Of a stretch of DNA of 55,761 bases, positions 44,667-54,286 are shown in pieces; positions within the stretch are counted from its first letter, which is position 1; each line of letters begins with the position of its first letter. The DNA is from Candidatus Limenecus sp. Lineage in GTDB: Bacteria; Cyanobacteriota; Vampirovibrionia; Gastranaerophilales; Gastranaerophilaceae. Location: assembly GCA_045531805.1 (NCBI GenBank), contig JAZSES010000224.1:1-55761 (forward strand), in the 5' to 3' direction. Below the pieces are notes generated by a model, which made no database searches, was not told where the DNA came from, and was given only the letters and a program-made list of their open reading frames with translations. The position numbers were made by a program, and so were the translations under genes.

Positions 44667-46675
44667 TACACACCTCCTAGGTTAAATTTATTTGTCAATT
44701 TTAGTTCATTGTGATGCAATTCAAACCAATGAATATTTAATACTTTTTCTAGTTCTTCAACATAGAAAGTATAGTCAATATTCCACCATTCATTTGTTAC
44801 TACATTTGTTATTGTTCTATTATTACGTGGTCCTTCAATAACATAGTTAGCTAAGTCGTCATTCATTATTAAAGCATGAGGAGGACATTGTGCGCAAGTG
44901 TCTTCTCTTAATTGTCCGTTAACAGTTTTCTGTTTCTTAACAACACCTAAGTTCTCATCTGTTACAGCAAGTACTCTAGATACTTTACCAAGTTCTTCAT
45001 CACCATCAACATTCTTTTGTACCATTGATTTATATGTACCGCCTTTAGTACATACTAAACACATATCATTAACATTTGCATTATCAAGTAAATATGCGAT
45101 AGGATTAGTACCGTTAACATAATACTCAATTTGAGCTTTAGCAATAACATGTAGTCCAAGAGGTCTTAATCTATTAGTACCTTTTTGCCATATTTCTGTA
45201 ACAAATGAACCACCTTTTAATTTCAAACTACCATCTGTAGATTGTGCAATATAGTTGTTAACATTTAATTGCCATAACTTTTGGTCTTCTTCAATATCAA
45301 ATATAAAGCCACTTAATCTTTCAAATTCGTGAACTCTTTCTTCAATAAGCGGAAGTGAACTTCTTTTACAATATACAAGAATACCATCTGTGTTAGTTTG
45401 TATAACTTTTAATTCAGGCGCTGCATCACACATTGAATGTGCAACTGCTAATAATATAAGTTGTCCAATACGACAAGTTTTAGAACGCATATAATCGTCA
45501 TACAATGGTAAGTATTCATTACCCATAGCACCGTATGTAGTATTCAATACTAGTTTAGCGGCTGGTACGAATAATTTATCTTCAGGTGTCCAATCTTTCT
45601 TTGGAATTTGCTTAAGTGCTAATCTACGTTTAAATAATGCTTCAAATCTTTGAGGTTCTTTAATTGCTCTAGACATTGCACCACAGAATATCATACAAGA
45701 AGGATAACAGGAACTGGCGTCAACGTTGAACAAGCCCCATTCATCATCAGCTTCAATATATAGATTGCCTGACTCCTTGCCGACCTTAGGAACTTTAAAG
45801 GTACTATGCAAACCACCATCTGCCATAACTACGTCATTGTCAAACATAACTTTCTTTAATTGTTCTTGTTTTGTTAACAAATGTTGTACGACGTCTGCCG
45901 GAACCCATTTATCAATATATGCTTTTAATGCTGGTTGATAAATAATGATTGTTGGGTCTACTATTGTTGTACCGTGTACTCTTTCAGCACCTAGAACTTT
46001 ACCACTTAATACAGCGTTAGTTGATTGATAACCGTAACTTTCGCTAATATTATATGTTTTACAAAGTGCTAGTTTTGTATCAATATATGGTTTGCTCATA
46101 CAAATATAATTTACATGTAATGCATATACGTCGTGTTTACAATAAAATATAATTTGTGCTTTATCATTTTCTGTTAAATTTTCTTTATCGAACGGAACTG
46201 TAGTTTCTCTAATGTCCATACCTAATGCAGCTTCTTTGTCTTTCAAACCTTTAACAGAGTCGTCCATTAAATCTTGTATTGCTTCACAACCTTGGAACTT
46301 ACGTCTAGCATATGTTGCTATACGCATATGTTCAATATCTTTATTTGCTGTAGCACCTTTACTAATTATGAGTTCTGACAATACATATAATTGGTGAGGA
46401 GTAAAGTTCATCATTACTCCATTTAATATTATTAAGTCATAACCTTTAATATTATAACCGCAAGCTACACCTTTTACAATATCTTGCTTAAACTCATTTA
46501 TTTTCTCTTGAGGCATATTGCTTGTATATACTCTCATCTTATCTTTGATTTTGTACTCTTCTTCTTTTGTGAATTTATAGTTGTAAGGACTGGATAGATA
46601 TTTATCTTCCTCGTCACTTACTACTACACACCACCAATTCTTGAATACCTCAAAGTCAAAAAATTTCATTTTCAT
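44666..46675 (-). CDS. family-B DNA polymerase with 3'-5' exonuclease domain
   Basis: 669 aa from the ATG at 46675. ExoI is FDFEV, ExoII-like is YNIKGYDLIIL and ExoIII is YCKHDVYAL. Pol motif A is VDASSCYPS (DxxSLYPS type), motif B is KLVLNTTYGAMG and motif C-like is QTNTDGILV. Confidence 0.8.
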   Translation of the reverse strand: MKMKFFDFEVFKNWWCVVVSDEEDKYLSSPYNYKFTKEEEYKIKDKMRVYTSNMPQEKINEFKQDIVKGVACGYNIKGYDLIILNGVMMNFTPHQLYVLSELIISKGATANKDIEHMRIATYARRKFQGCEAIQDLMDDSVKGLKDKEAALGMDIRETTVPFDKENLTENDKAQIIFYCKHDVYALHVNYICMSKPYIDTKLALCKTYNISESYGYQSTNAVLSGKVLGAERVHGTTIVDPTIIIYQPALKAYIDKWVPADVVQHLLTKQEQLKKVMFDNDVVMADGGLHSTFKVPKVGKESGNLYIEADDEWGLFNVDASSCYPSCMIFCGAMSRAIKEPQRFEALFKRRLALKQIPKKDWTPEDKLFVPAAKLVLNTTYGAMGNEYLPLYDDYMRSKTCRIGQLILLAVAHSMCDAAPELKVIQTNTDGILVYCKRSSLPLIEERVHEFERLSGFIFDIEEDQKLWQLNVNNYIAQSTDGSLKLKGGSFVTEIWQKGTNRLRPLGLHVIAKAQIEYYVNGTNPIAYLLDNANVNDMCLVCTKGGTYKSMVQKNVDGDEELGKVSRVLAVTDENLGVVKKQKTVNGQLREDTCAQCPPHALIMNDDLANYVIEGPRNNRTITNVVTNEWWNIDYTFYVEELEKVLNIHWFELHHNELKLTNKFNLGGV

Positions 46676-48738
46676 TACGCTAAATAGCCTCCTTTCATAT
46701 TTAAGTCGAATGGACACCAATCATGTTCTTTACTAGATGATACTACTACTTGGTCACCCATACCTCTGTCATATTGTACTTCTAGTTGATATAAACTAAT
46801 TATTACTTCTGTGAAATTACCGTAGTTAAATGTATTGTATCCACATAGTCCACACCATAACTTATAGTCTTGATATATTGTTTTGAGTCCTCTTTGTAAT
46901 AATGTATCTGGAGTAACAAACTCTAATTGACACCATCTGTGTATAGAACTTTGTTGTACTTTAAATCGTTGTTTTAACATTGCATCACTTTCTTCTTTTA
47001 TAAAGTGACCACGTTGTAATACATTATGAATACCCTCGCATGCTTTGTAGAAGAAATACTCCATATCTAATTCAGTAATCTTATCTTCAAAGTCTCTATC
47101 TGGGTTCTTAATTTTATTATTTAACTCTATTAACATTAGTCTTCTGTAAAGACCTTCAGAACTATCCATAATCTTTGGCATTTCATTTGCACAAATAATT
47201 ATCGTAGATGTACTATATAATTTTATAGGTTCACTATAAATAGGTCTTACTAATACTGGGTTGCCGACCGTAATAGATTTGAAACGACCAGCATCTTTAA
47301 GAACTTTATCTGATGATGCGTCATCATCTATATTTACCATTGAGCCAATCAATGTTGACAAATGATAGTCTTGGTCAAATTGACTTAATGCTACGTTAGA
47401 AACATATTCGTCTCTAAACATTCTTTTTATTATGTTAACAAATGTACTTTTACCAGTACCACCATTACCACATAATATAAAGAACTTTTGAAATTTATTA
47501 CGTCTTAACAAACAATATCCAGCTAACTCATATAATAGTTGCATTTTAATTGGGTCACCATTTGCAACAAATTTCATAAAGTCGTCTATACGCTCTGAGA
47601 ACTGACAATTTTCATTAAAGTTTATGTCAATCTTAACAGTATTATATAAGTCTGGCGAAGCCTCAATAAGTTTCAAATTCATTAAATCAAGATAGCCATT
47701 ATTAACAGGTATACAACCATAATCTTTATCTAACAAGTTTGAATTAACTTGTTTAGCAACACATATAAAGTTAATTATTTCATCACGGTTAGATTTTGTC
47801 GCTTCTAAAAAACCTTCTTTATGTATCAAGGTTTGTAGTTCGTGATAACTTAATTTGAAGTATACACCGTTATCATATTTGTATACATAATCACCAACAG
47901 CAATTAAATTGAATTTTTCAATAAGTGATTGTGCTACTGGAAGCCACGATTTTGGTTTGTCATTTTTAGAACCAGTGCCATCTTGTTGTTGCATATTGCC
48001 ATATGTCTTTTCAGCAGGTCTAGCGATAGATGCTTCGAAAGCGGCTTCATTCATTGGAGTGTCCCAAATCTCTAAGTTAATTATACGTAGACATTCAATC
48101 GACTCTTCTTCAGTAACAAGATTAGGACCTGTCATTGCACCACGCAATTTAAACATAGCGTCATTACCTACACCGTCCGGCATATCAATGAAACTTACGT
48201 CTGTATCTTTACGCGGTCTTAAAGGTCTTAACCAAAATGGTAAGTCATCAAGTGCTTCGCTATAATTACCCCAACTTCTAGAATGTTCATCATTAACTGG
48301 AAGTATGATATAACCTTTACCATCAGCTCTACCATCTGTTTGTATACCAATGTGATTTATATAGCCTTGAAACTGACCTTTGCCAGCCATTATGTCTGAT
48401 GTGTTCTTAAATATAAAATGTGTACCTTGTTTACTATTATTATACCAATATTGTACAGAGTGGTTATCTAACAATTGTTTGACTACTTCAGAAGACCTCG
48501 GATGGTCTTTGTTATCAACGTCAATTACAATCATTCCTTTAGGAACTATCCAGCCTAATCTACCGCCACGACTTACCCAGTTTTTAGCTTGAGCAATATC
48601 GAGTGGGTCTTTTAATGAGTTAAGCGGGGCTTTATTCCTTTTTCTTGTATTCTCATCGTGTAACTCTTCTTCATTAAAGTTTATAATCTTTACAAACTTT
48701 GCTTTCGGATTAAGTTCACAAAATAACTCAAAGTCCAT
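46675..48738 (-). CDS. primase-helicase (AEP prim-pol domain plus SF3/D5-type P-loop helicase)
   Basis: 687 aa. The N-terminal DxD (MIVIDVDNKD) and GTHFIF are typical of bifunctional prim-pol. The central P-loop is LCGNGGTGKSTF, with a Walker B-like VNIDDD. Confidence 0.8.
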   Translation of the reverse strand: MDFELFCELNPKAKFVKIINFNEEELHDENTRKRNKAPLNSLKDPLDIAQAKNWVSRGGRLGWIVPKGMIVIDVDNKDHPRSSEVVKQLLDNHSVQYWYNNSKQGTHFIFKNTSDIMAGKGQFQGYINHIGIQTDGRADGKGYIILPVNDEHSRSWGNYSEALDDLPFWLRPLRPRKDTDVSFIDMPDGVGNDAMFKLRGAMTGPNLVTEEESIECLRIINLEIWDTPMNEAAFEASIARPAEKTYGNMQQQDGTGSKNDKPKSWLPVAQSLIEKFNLIAVGDYVYKYDNGVYFKLSYHELQTLIHKEGFLEATKSNRDEIINFICVAKQVNSNLLDKDYGCIPVNNGYLDLMNLKLIEASPDLYNTVKIDINFNENCQFSERIDDFMKFVANGDPIKMQLLYELAGYCLLRRNKFQKFFILCGNGGTGKSTFVNIIKRMFRDEYVSNVALSQFDQDYHLSTLIGSMVNIDDDASSDKVLKDAGRFKSITVGNPVLVRPIYSEPIKLYSTSTIIICANEMPKIMDSSEGLYRRLMLIELNNKIKNPDRDFEDKITELDMEYFFYKACEGIHNVLQRGHFIKEESDAMLKQRFKVQQSSIHRWCQLEFVTPDTLLQRGLKTIYQDYKLWCGLCGYNTFNYGNFTEVIISLYQLEVQYDRGMGDQVVVSSSKEHDWCPFDLNMKGGYLA

Positions 48739-48739
48739 T

Positions 48740-48946
48740 CTAATCTCCTTTATTTATGAATTTTGCTTGTGTCTTATATAATAAGTCATCTAGTTTTTGA
48801 TTACAGTTTAAACACAAGTCATAGTCTCTACACCAGTTTGCAGGAATAGCAACATCCCAATGATAGCATAAACTTCTTATAAAGACTGGTTCTTTTTCTT
48901 TAATAAGTTTTCCACACTTATCACATATTAATTTTCTCATAAGCAC
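48740..48946 (-). CDS. small zinc-ribbon protein (68 aa)
   Basis: CDKCGK ... CLNC. AAGGAG RBS. Confidence 0.6.
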   Translation of the reverse strand: MLMRKLICDKCGKLIKEKEPVFIRSLCYHWDVAIPANWCRDYDLCLNCNQKLDDLLYKTQAKFINKGD

Positions 48947-48949
48947 TCC

Positions 48950-49198
48950 TTAATCAAATTCACTACCATCTAGATTACTAGTATTAAATTCAATAGTTTT
49001 ATCTAAACCGTCTTCATTATAATAATTGACTTTACTTAACTTTCCAAAACGTATTTCAGCTAATGCACCTGTATGACATTTTTCACAAGTTAAATATATA
49101 TCACTTTTACCTTTAAAATAATAGTCTTCGTCATCTTCAATCATTTCATTATTACATTGAATACATTTTAGATTACCAATTACTTTGTATTTACCCAT
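48950..49198 (-). CDS. small zinc-ribbon protein (82 aa)
   Basis: CIQCNN ... CEKCH. AGGAGAG RBS. Confidence 0.6.
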   Translation of the reverse strand: MGKYKVIGNLKCIQCNNEMIEDDEDYYFKGKSDIYLTCEKCHTGALAEIRFGKLSKVNYYNEDGLDKTIEFNTSNLDGSEFD

Positions 49199-49199
49199 T

Positions 49200-49355
49200 C
49201 TACTCTCCTATGTTTCTATTGTTAATATAATCATATCTTTTAGTAAACTCTTCCCAAGCCATTTGTCTACTATATTTTGCTAAGAAGATTAAACCGATTA
49301 TAACACCTAATATTAACGCGATTATTCCTATAGTTATAAAACATTTCTTTTTCAT
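49200..49355 (-). CDS. small single-TM membrane protein (51 aa), below the ORF-track cutoff
   Basis: Hand translation gives MKKKCFITIGIIALILGVIIGLIFLAKYSRQMAWEEFTKRYDYINNRNIGE. It exactly fills the gap between the two flanking genes. Confidence 0.45.
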   Translation of the reverse strand: MKKKCFITIGIIALILGVIIGLIFLAKYSRQMAWEEFTKRYDYINNRNIGE

Positions 49356-49364
49356 ACTACACTC

Positions 49365-50699
49365 CTAATCAGTTCTACGAATTGCCATTAGCGTATCGTG
49401 TATACTTTGCTTAGTTCTAAGTGACTTCCATATCTTTTCTTCTACTTTATGCTTATCACCCGGGTCGTTAATTAAGAATGTTACGTTGCAAGGATTAGTT
49501 TGTCCACGACGCCAACATCTATGTATTAATTGTTTGTAACTTATAAATGAAAAATCTGAACTATAATATATTATATCTTGACACTCTTGTAAGTTAACCG
49601 CTTTACCTCTAGAACATTGTAAAACTAAAATATAATGCTCATTGTTTTGTAAATGCTTTTTGAATTCAGTAATGTCAGAACAATGTTTTATATTTCGCTT
49701 ATCTAATTCATATTTAATAGACTCACCATCTTCTTGAAATCTATATGCTATTATTATAGGTTTCTTTTCGCTTTCATCACCTATATATTTTAACTTTGGA
49801 TTTACATAATCACCAACATTGTAGATATGTCTTACGCCTTCAACGTCATAATATATAAAACCATTTAATGCTTGTTGTGCTTTTTGAATTGCTAATGCCT
49901 TTTGCATTGTAGACTCATATTCGCCACATTTTAATATACCATCTAACGCATCTTTATATGTTTCAGTTGCTTCAACAGTAAATGTTTTCATTTCAACATT
50001 CATAGGTGGCATATCGTCATTGTCGTCATATCCCCAGAACATTACACCACTTTCATATGCTTTATTCATTAAAGCTTCACCACTTTCATTTAACTTAGTT
50101 GGTCTCATAAAATTACCAAAAGGACCATAACCAAGTTCTTGTACACAATATCTATCTTTGAACAAATGACAATTTATTTCACCCATACCTGCAACATTCA
50201 AATTATGTAATATACACCAAGGCTCTATATTATTGTTACCAGATATAGTACCAGTCATACCAAAAACATATTCTGTTCGTTTTGTTAGCGCATATACTAA
50301 TTTAGCAAATTTACTTTTTGCTCTAGTAATTCCAGACCTTAATGATTGACACTCATCAACAACAATAACGTCCCAATCTGTAGCGACTAATGCTGGTTTA
50401 ACATTTCCAATTGCTGTTCTATCTGTAACAAAATAAGTCTCACGAGGTAATATACCTTGTGGACCAATCTCAGCTTTCCACATATCTTTAATACATGTGG
50501 CATCAGACATAATTAAAACTTTTATAGGACGTTGTTTTAATTTTTGTACTTCTATTATACAATGTATTACTGGATAAGACTTACTTTTTCCAGGTTCCCA
50601 TCCTAAAACAAAATGTTTATGTTTCATTAAAAGCTTTTCAGCTTGTTCTTGTTCTGGCAATCTATATTGCTCATTGTATTCTTTATAACTTATACTCAT
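49365..50699 (-). CDS. SNF2/DEAD-like superfamily-2 helicase
   Basis: 444 aa. Motif I-like is EPGKSKS, motif II is VVDECQSL and motif VI-like is HRCWRRGQTNP. Confidence 0.75.
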   Translation of the reverse strand: MSISYKEYNEQYRLPEQEQAEKLLMKHKHFVLGWEPGKSKSYPVIHCIIEVQKLKQRPIKVLIMSDATCIKDMWKAEIGPQGILPRETYFVTDRTAIGNVKPALVATDWDVIVVDECQSLRSGITRAKSKFAKLVYALTKRTEYVFGMTGTISGNNNIEPWCILHNLNVAGMGEINCHLFKDRYCVQELGYGPFGNFMRPTKLNESGEALMNKAYESGVMFWGYDDNDDMPPMNVEMKTFTVEATETYKDALDGILKCGEYESTMQKALAIQKAQQALNGFIYYDVEGVRHIYNVGDYVNPKLKYIGDESEKKPIIIAYRFQEDGESIKYELDKRNIKHCSDITEFKKHLQNNEHYILVLQCSRGKAVNLQECQDIIYYSSDFSFISYKQLIHRCWRRGQTNPCNVTFLINDPGDKHKVEEKIWKSLRTKQSIHDTLMAIRRTD

Positions 50700-50982
50700 A
50701 TAAACACCTCTCAGACCTAATTGCTACTTTATTTTGTTTATAAAAATCGCCTATCGCTTCTGGTGATAAATGCGAAAATACATCATACATAAAGTCACTA
50801 AAAATAATAACCTTATCAAATTGGCAGCCACAAACGTTGTGATATGCTGACAATAAGATATATCTATTATCAGCTTCATCTTTTGCCATCGAAGGCCTCC
50901 AATAATCAAAATTATGTTTCTTACAAAACGTTTCAAAAGTACGTTGAGGATGTGAATTCATTATTACTATTCCAGTTATCAT
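50683..50982 (-). CDS. hypothetical protein (99 aa)
   Basis: ORF between the VRR-NUC and helicase genes with AGGAGA upstream. The overlapping track ORF 50751..50936 is judged spurious. Confidence 0.55.
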   Translation of the reverse strand: MITGIVIMNSHPQRTFETFCKKHNFDYWRPSMAKDEADNRYILLSAYHNVCGCQFDKVIIFSDFMYDVFSHLSPEAIGDFYKQNKVAIRSERCLYEYKL

Positions 50983-51354
50983 TTACCATTTTTCTCCTGT
51001 ATCTATATTTTCTTCTTTAAGTATTTTCATTATAGTTGTTGTATACGGTTCATTGTATGTTTCATAATTGTCTATAATATCTAATACTATTTTAAGTTTA
51101 TCAATATCCCATATAACACAAGTTATACCGCACGATTTTTGTATATTACGTATGTGTATTCCTTGTTGTTTAGATGGAGTATTGCCGACCTCTTTAGCTT
51201 CAATCGCTAAGAAAAAACCTTTATAGCAGGCTAATATATCCGGTATACCTGGTTCGCTTATCATTGAACCATGTTGCTTGATGGCATAACCGCCTCGCTT
51301 TTGTATTAGTGTTCTAATACTTCGTTGTAGATAGGTTTCTGGCTGTACACCCAT
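50983..51354 (-). CDS. VRR-NUC domain nuclease (PD-(D/E)xK fold)
   Basis: 123 aa. GIPDILACYKGFFLAIEAKE matches the VRR-NUC pattern D...ExK. AAGGAGG RBS. Confidence 0.7.
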   Translation of the reverse strand: MGVQPETYLQRSIRTLIQKRGGYAIKQHGSMISEPGIPDILACYKGFFLAIEAKEVGNTPSKQQGIHIRNIQKSCGITCVIWDIDKLKIVLDIIDNYETYNEPYTTTIMKILKEENIDTGEKW

Positions 51355-51377
51355 AATACCTCCTTATTAAAATAATA

Positions 51378-51468
51378 GTGAGTTGGGTAGGACTCGAACC
51401 TACGACGCATCAGTCACCGTGTTACAACTATATCAATAAGATTTTTTGACAATTTGATGCAGCCAACT
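51378..51468 (-). tRNA. tRNA-like gene (91 nt) with canonical acceptor and T arm but non-canonical core
   Basis: On the minus strand, the acceptor is GAGTTGG/CCAACTC (7 bp) with discriminator A, and the T arm is GTAGG-TTCGAGT-CCTAC. The remaining 55 nt form a GCATC...GATGC-closed irregular hairpin. I could not place a D arm or a 7-nt anticodon loop by eye. Confidence 0.45.
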
Positions 51469-51475
51469 CATGTAA

Positions 51476-51549
51476 GTGGAGCTATCAGGAATCGAACCTG
51501 ATTATCGTCTGAAAGGCAAGTGAGAACGATAAGTTCCAATGCTTAGCTC
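51476..51549 (-). tRNA. tRNA-like gene (74 nt) with canonical acceptor and T arm but non-canonical core
   Basis: On the minus strand, the acceptor is GGAGCTA/TAGCTCC (7 bp) with discriminator A, and the T arm is TCAGG-TTCGATT-CCTGA. A GG-containing D-loop-like stretch CATTGGAA is present. The anticodon position is occupied by a 9-bp bulged stem (TTATCGT(T)CT/AGACGATAA) with a 12-nt loop, CACTTGCCTTTC. Confidence 0.5.
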
Positions 51550-51592
51550 CATAAAGGGTGTTTTGTAAGGTACACCCAAAACCTATAGTATA

Positions 51593-52141
51593 CTATTCGC
51601 CGAACTCGTCGCCAGTTAATCTATTAACTAGAGGTTCGCCGTCTCTGGTTTTCATAACGTTATTTAGAACTGCACTAACACCACGTTTACCTTCACCAGA
51701 ATATGCAAAACATGTTAATGAAACTCTACCATAACAACCTGAATAAACATCAAGTGGGTTTAGAATTTCTTGTCTATTACTATCAAGAACTGCTGGTTTG
51801 AATTTTGTTGCTAAACGCATATAATAATGTCCCTTAAGTTCTGGATTAGCTTCGCACTTTAATTCACCAAGGTCATTAACCTCTGTGTCTCCATCTTTGA
51901 AAGTATTTGCAACGTTTGTTGGTACTCTTCCACCAAAGTGTTTTTGTGCACCTTTTTCAGCTGCTTTTTGAATAGCTGCTTTAATTGCTTCAACAGTTCT
52001 TGTATCTGTTTTTGGTACTAAAATTGTAAGTGAATATTTTCCTTCAGCATCAGTCTCTCTGAACTTTTTAGCCTCGAATAAATTTACGTAAGAAAATCTT
52101 ACTTCTCCTGTAACTACTTGTGTATCTCCTAAATTTGACAT
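51593..52141 (-). CDS. ssDNA-binding protein-like (DUF2815-type)
   Basis: 182 aa. The N-terminal pattern VVTGEVRFSYVNLFEAK is characteristic of the DUF2815 phage SSB-like family. It is paired with the DUF2800-type nuclease next to it. AAGGAGA RBS. Confidence 0.6.
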   Translation of the reverse strand: MSNLGDTQVVTGEVRFSYVNLFEAKKFRETDAEGKYSLTILVPKTDTRTVEAIKAAIQKAAEKGAQKHFGGRVPTNVANTFKDGDTEVNDLGELKCEANPELKGHYYMRLATKFKPAVLDSNRQEILNPLDVYSGCYGRVSLTCFAYSGEGKRGVSAVLNNVMKTRDGEPLVNRLTGDEFGE

Positions 52142-52162
52142 AATAATGTTCTCCTTTTACTT

Positions 52163-53383
52163 TTAATCTATATAGTCTATTTCTGCGAATTCGTCGCCAT
52201 TAAGTTTTAATCTATTAGGGTCTATAGCTTCTCTACCGTCAGACTCTGGAACAACTGTAGGTGCTCCACTTGGTTTAATTATGTAATCAGCACAAAGCGT
52301 ATTAAATAACTTTTTACCAACATTCTTTTCAAGAGCTGTTATACCTAATATTTTTGGTCTCTCTAAGTATTCTTCCTCAGTGAAACCAGCTTCATGCAAT
52401 TTTGTTACTATTGCATCTGGGTCGGTCATTATTCTTGTTGAACGACCTTCAACAACTTTGAAACCGGGTATTTTCAAATTGTTGTGTATCATTTGTGATT
52501 TAACGTATGCCTGTACGTCATTAAACCACGCGATGAATTTTGGTGCTATTGTCATTATTCTTGATAATGCTTCTGGTGTCATATTCTTAGGTTCTAGAAT
52601 TCTATCTTCTACAACTACCGCATCAAACTCAGCTCTAGCTACTTCTAGTTGCTTTTCACTTCTTGCTTGACATTTGCCTTTTAATTTGCAAAATTTACAA
52701 TGGTCACCTGCTACGAACTCACCTTGACCCGCTATTGCCATTGCTGCTCGTGGCTTAACATAATTTTGTGCCCAGTCGTTTAGCGTTTGAACCGCAACAT
52801 AATCAGTACTACAGTCGTCTAATCGTGGTTGTATAATAGTCATTCTAGCTTCTGTGAATATACCATCTCTCATATGCTTTCTAATTGCACCTAAAGCATA
52901 TAAACGTAATTGAGTGTTTCCAATAGCACTTACTGGAACACCTTTGCCATACTTCAAGTCAACAACATGTACAAAGTTTCTACCAATAATCAGGACGTCA
53001 CTAGTACCACTACCGCCTTCAACAATATCTGAGAACTCGACCTTAGACTCAAGCTCTACTGTAACTTGCTCATTCTTGTAATCTTCTTTAATTATTGTCA
53101 TAACTTCAGTACAATACTTATTAACAAACTCATTAAATTCAGCATTGTAATATTTACTCGTTAACTTAAAGTTTTCAAATTCTGTTTCGTATCTTTCTAC
53201 ACTTATTTTACCAAGCATATATGACAATTTTAATTCAGCTAAAGCATGTGCTTCTGTACCTTCTTCAGCATAAGGTGAATAAGTACTTGGTTCATATTGT
53301 TCTAATACAGCGGATGGTGTACATTTTAACCATCTATCTGAACTACTTGGTGACAATAGTGCATGTTGTGTTGGTGATGACAT
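52163..53383 (-). CDS. PD-(D/E)xK nuclease, Cas4-like with Fe-S cysteines (DUF2800-type)
   Basis: 406 aa. HALLSPSSSDRWLKCTPS at the N-terminus, core VVDLKYGKG, and CKFCKLKGKC. Together with the N-terminal Cys this gives the C...CxxCxxxxxC pattern. Confidence 0.7.
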   Translation of the reverse strand: MSSPTQHALLSPSSSDRWLKCTPSAVLEQYEPSTYSPYAEEGTEAHALAELKLSYMLGKISVERYETEFENFKLTSKYYNAEFNEFVNKYCTEVMTIIKEDYKNEQVTVELESKVEFSDIVEGGSGTSDVLIIGRNFVHVVDLKYGKGVPVSAIGNTQLRLYALGAIRKHMRDGIFTEARMTIIQPRLDDCSTDYVAVQTLNDWAQNYVKPRAAMAIAGQGEFVAGDHCKFCKLKGKCQARSEKQLEVARAEFDAVVVEDRILEPKNMTPEALSRIMTIAPKFIAWFNDVQAYVKSQMIHNNLKIPGFKVVEGRSTRIMTDPDAIVTKLHEAGFTEEEYLERPKILGITALEKNVGKKLFNTLCADYIIKPSGAPTVVPESDGREAIDPNRLKLNGDEFAEIDYID

Positions 53384-53384
53384 A

Positions 53385-53612
53385 TTACTCTCCTACATTT
53401 TCTTTTTCTGTTATGGTTGAATCTTCTGTATTATCTTCAACCGCTTCTTTTTGTTGTAGTTCTTGAGCTCTTTCAGCAGCTTGTTGAGCTAACGTTCTAA
53501 GCTGGTTGGAGTCATTAACTACACCATTCAACTCTTCAATAAGTTGATTTGCAGTAGCAGCGGCACCGTGTTGAATGCACGCTACAATTGTGTCATATGA
53601 ACTTTGTTTCAT
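53385..53612 (-). CDS. hypothetical protein (75 aa, helical, acidic tail)
   Basis: ORF with AAGGAG RBS. Confidence 0.55.
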   Translation of the reverse strand: MKQSSYDTIVACIQHGAAATANQLIEELNGVVNDSNQLRTLAQQAAERAQELQQKEAVEDNTEDSTITEKENVGE

Positions 53613-53622
53613 ATCGTACTCC

Positions 53623-53919
53623 TTAGCAAACAGTATCTAATGTTTTCTTTTTATTTGTTTTTGTAGCTTTTACTGGTTCGTCGTCTATTACTTCAAGTTT
53701 AGTAATATTATTGTCTTCAACAACTACTTCTTTGATTTCATCACAACCTGGACAACAATCGCAATAATCACTACATTCGTCAGTTACAACTGGTTCTGCT
53801 TCAACATTAAATGTTGCTTTACCGTTTTTAACTGTTACAGTAAATTCAGTTTTATCAGTATCGATTTTAACTTTCTTACCGTTCATTCTAACATTAAAAT
53901 AATTATGTCCGAATAGCAT
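53623..53919 (-). CDS. hypothetical protein (98 aa) with Cys cluster CSDYCDCCPGC
   Basis: ORF with AGGAGGT RBS. Confidence 0.55.
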   Translation of the reverse strand: MLFGHNYFNVRMNGKKVKIDTDKTEFTVTVKNGKATFNVEAEPVVTDECSDYCDCCPGCDEIKEVVVEDNNITKLEVIDDEPVKATKTNKKKTLDTVC

Positions 53920-53968
53920 ATTTGGTACCTCCTATTTTGTTTAATGTCACGCTGGACCAGTTAAGGAA

Positions 53969-54286
53969 TTATTCTTGCGAATTTAATTTCATATAATATT
54001 GTTGAATAAGTGCTAAGAACGCACCGCCTGCTTTATCGCCAAGATCTGGTTGTTTATCCATCTCAATAGCCATTTTAGCAAGACCATCTGCAAGTTGTGG
54101 TATAGAACCATTAACGTCATACATATAACCTTCGTTTAAATCAATACCTTCTTCTTCAGCTTTAAGTGTTTCTAGCACACTAATCTTAAGAATTTCGCTA
54201 GTTCTATTAACTGGCTCCATATTCTTAAGTTCTTCAATCGTTGTCTCATTTGACATATTTAATTGTGCATCTACATTATTTTCCAT
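53969..54286 (-). CDS. hypothetical acidic protein (105 aa)
   Basis: The ATG at 54286 follows AGGAGC. The longer track start would overlap dut by 50 nt. Confidence 0.55.
   Translation of the reverse strand: MENNVDAQLNMSNETTIEELKNMEPVNRTSEILKISVLETLKAEEEGIDLNEGYMYDVNGSIPQLADGLAKMAIEMDKQPDLGDKAGGAFLALIQQYYMKLNSQE

Noticed and set aside
51445-51450. The TTGACA inside the 91-nt tRNA-like element as a plus-strand promoter for an sRNA.
   Set aside because: There is no acceptable -10 hexamer 16-18 nt downstream and no plus-strand feature to transcribe. It is noted only as a fourth copy of the TTTTTGACAA box.
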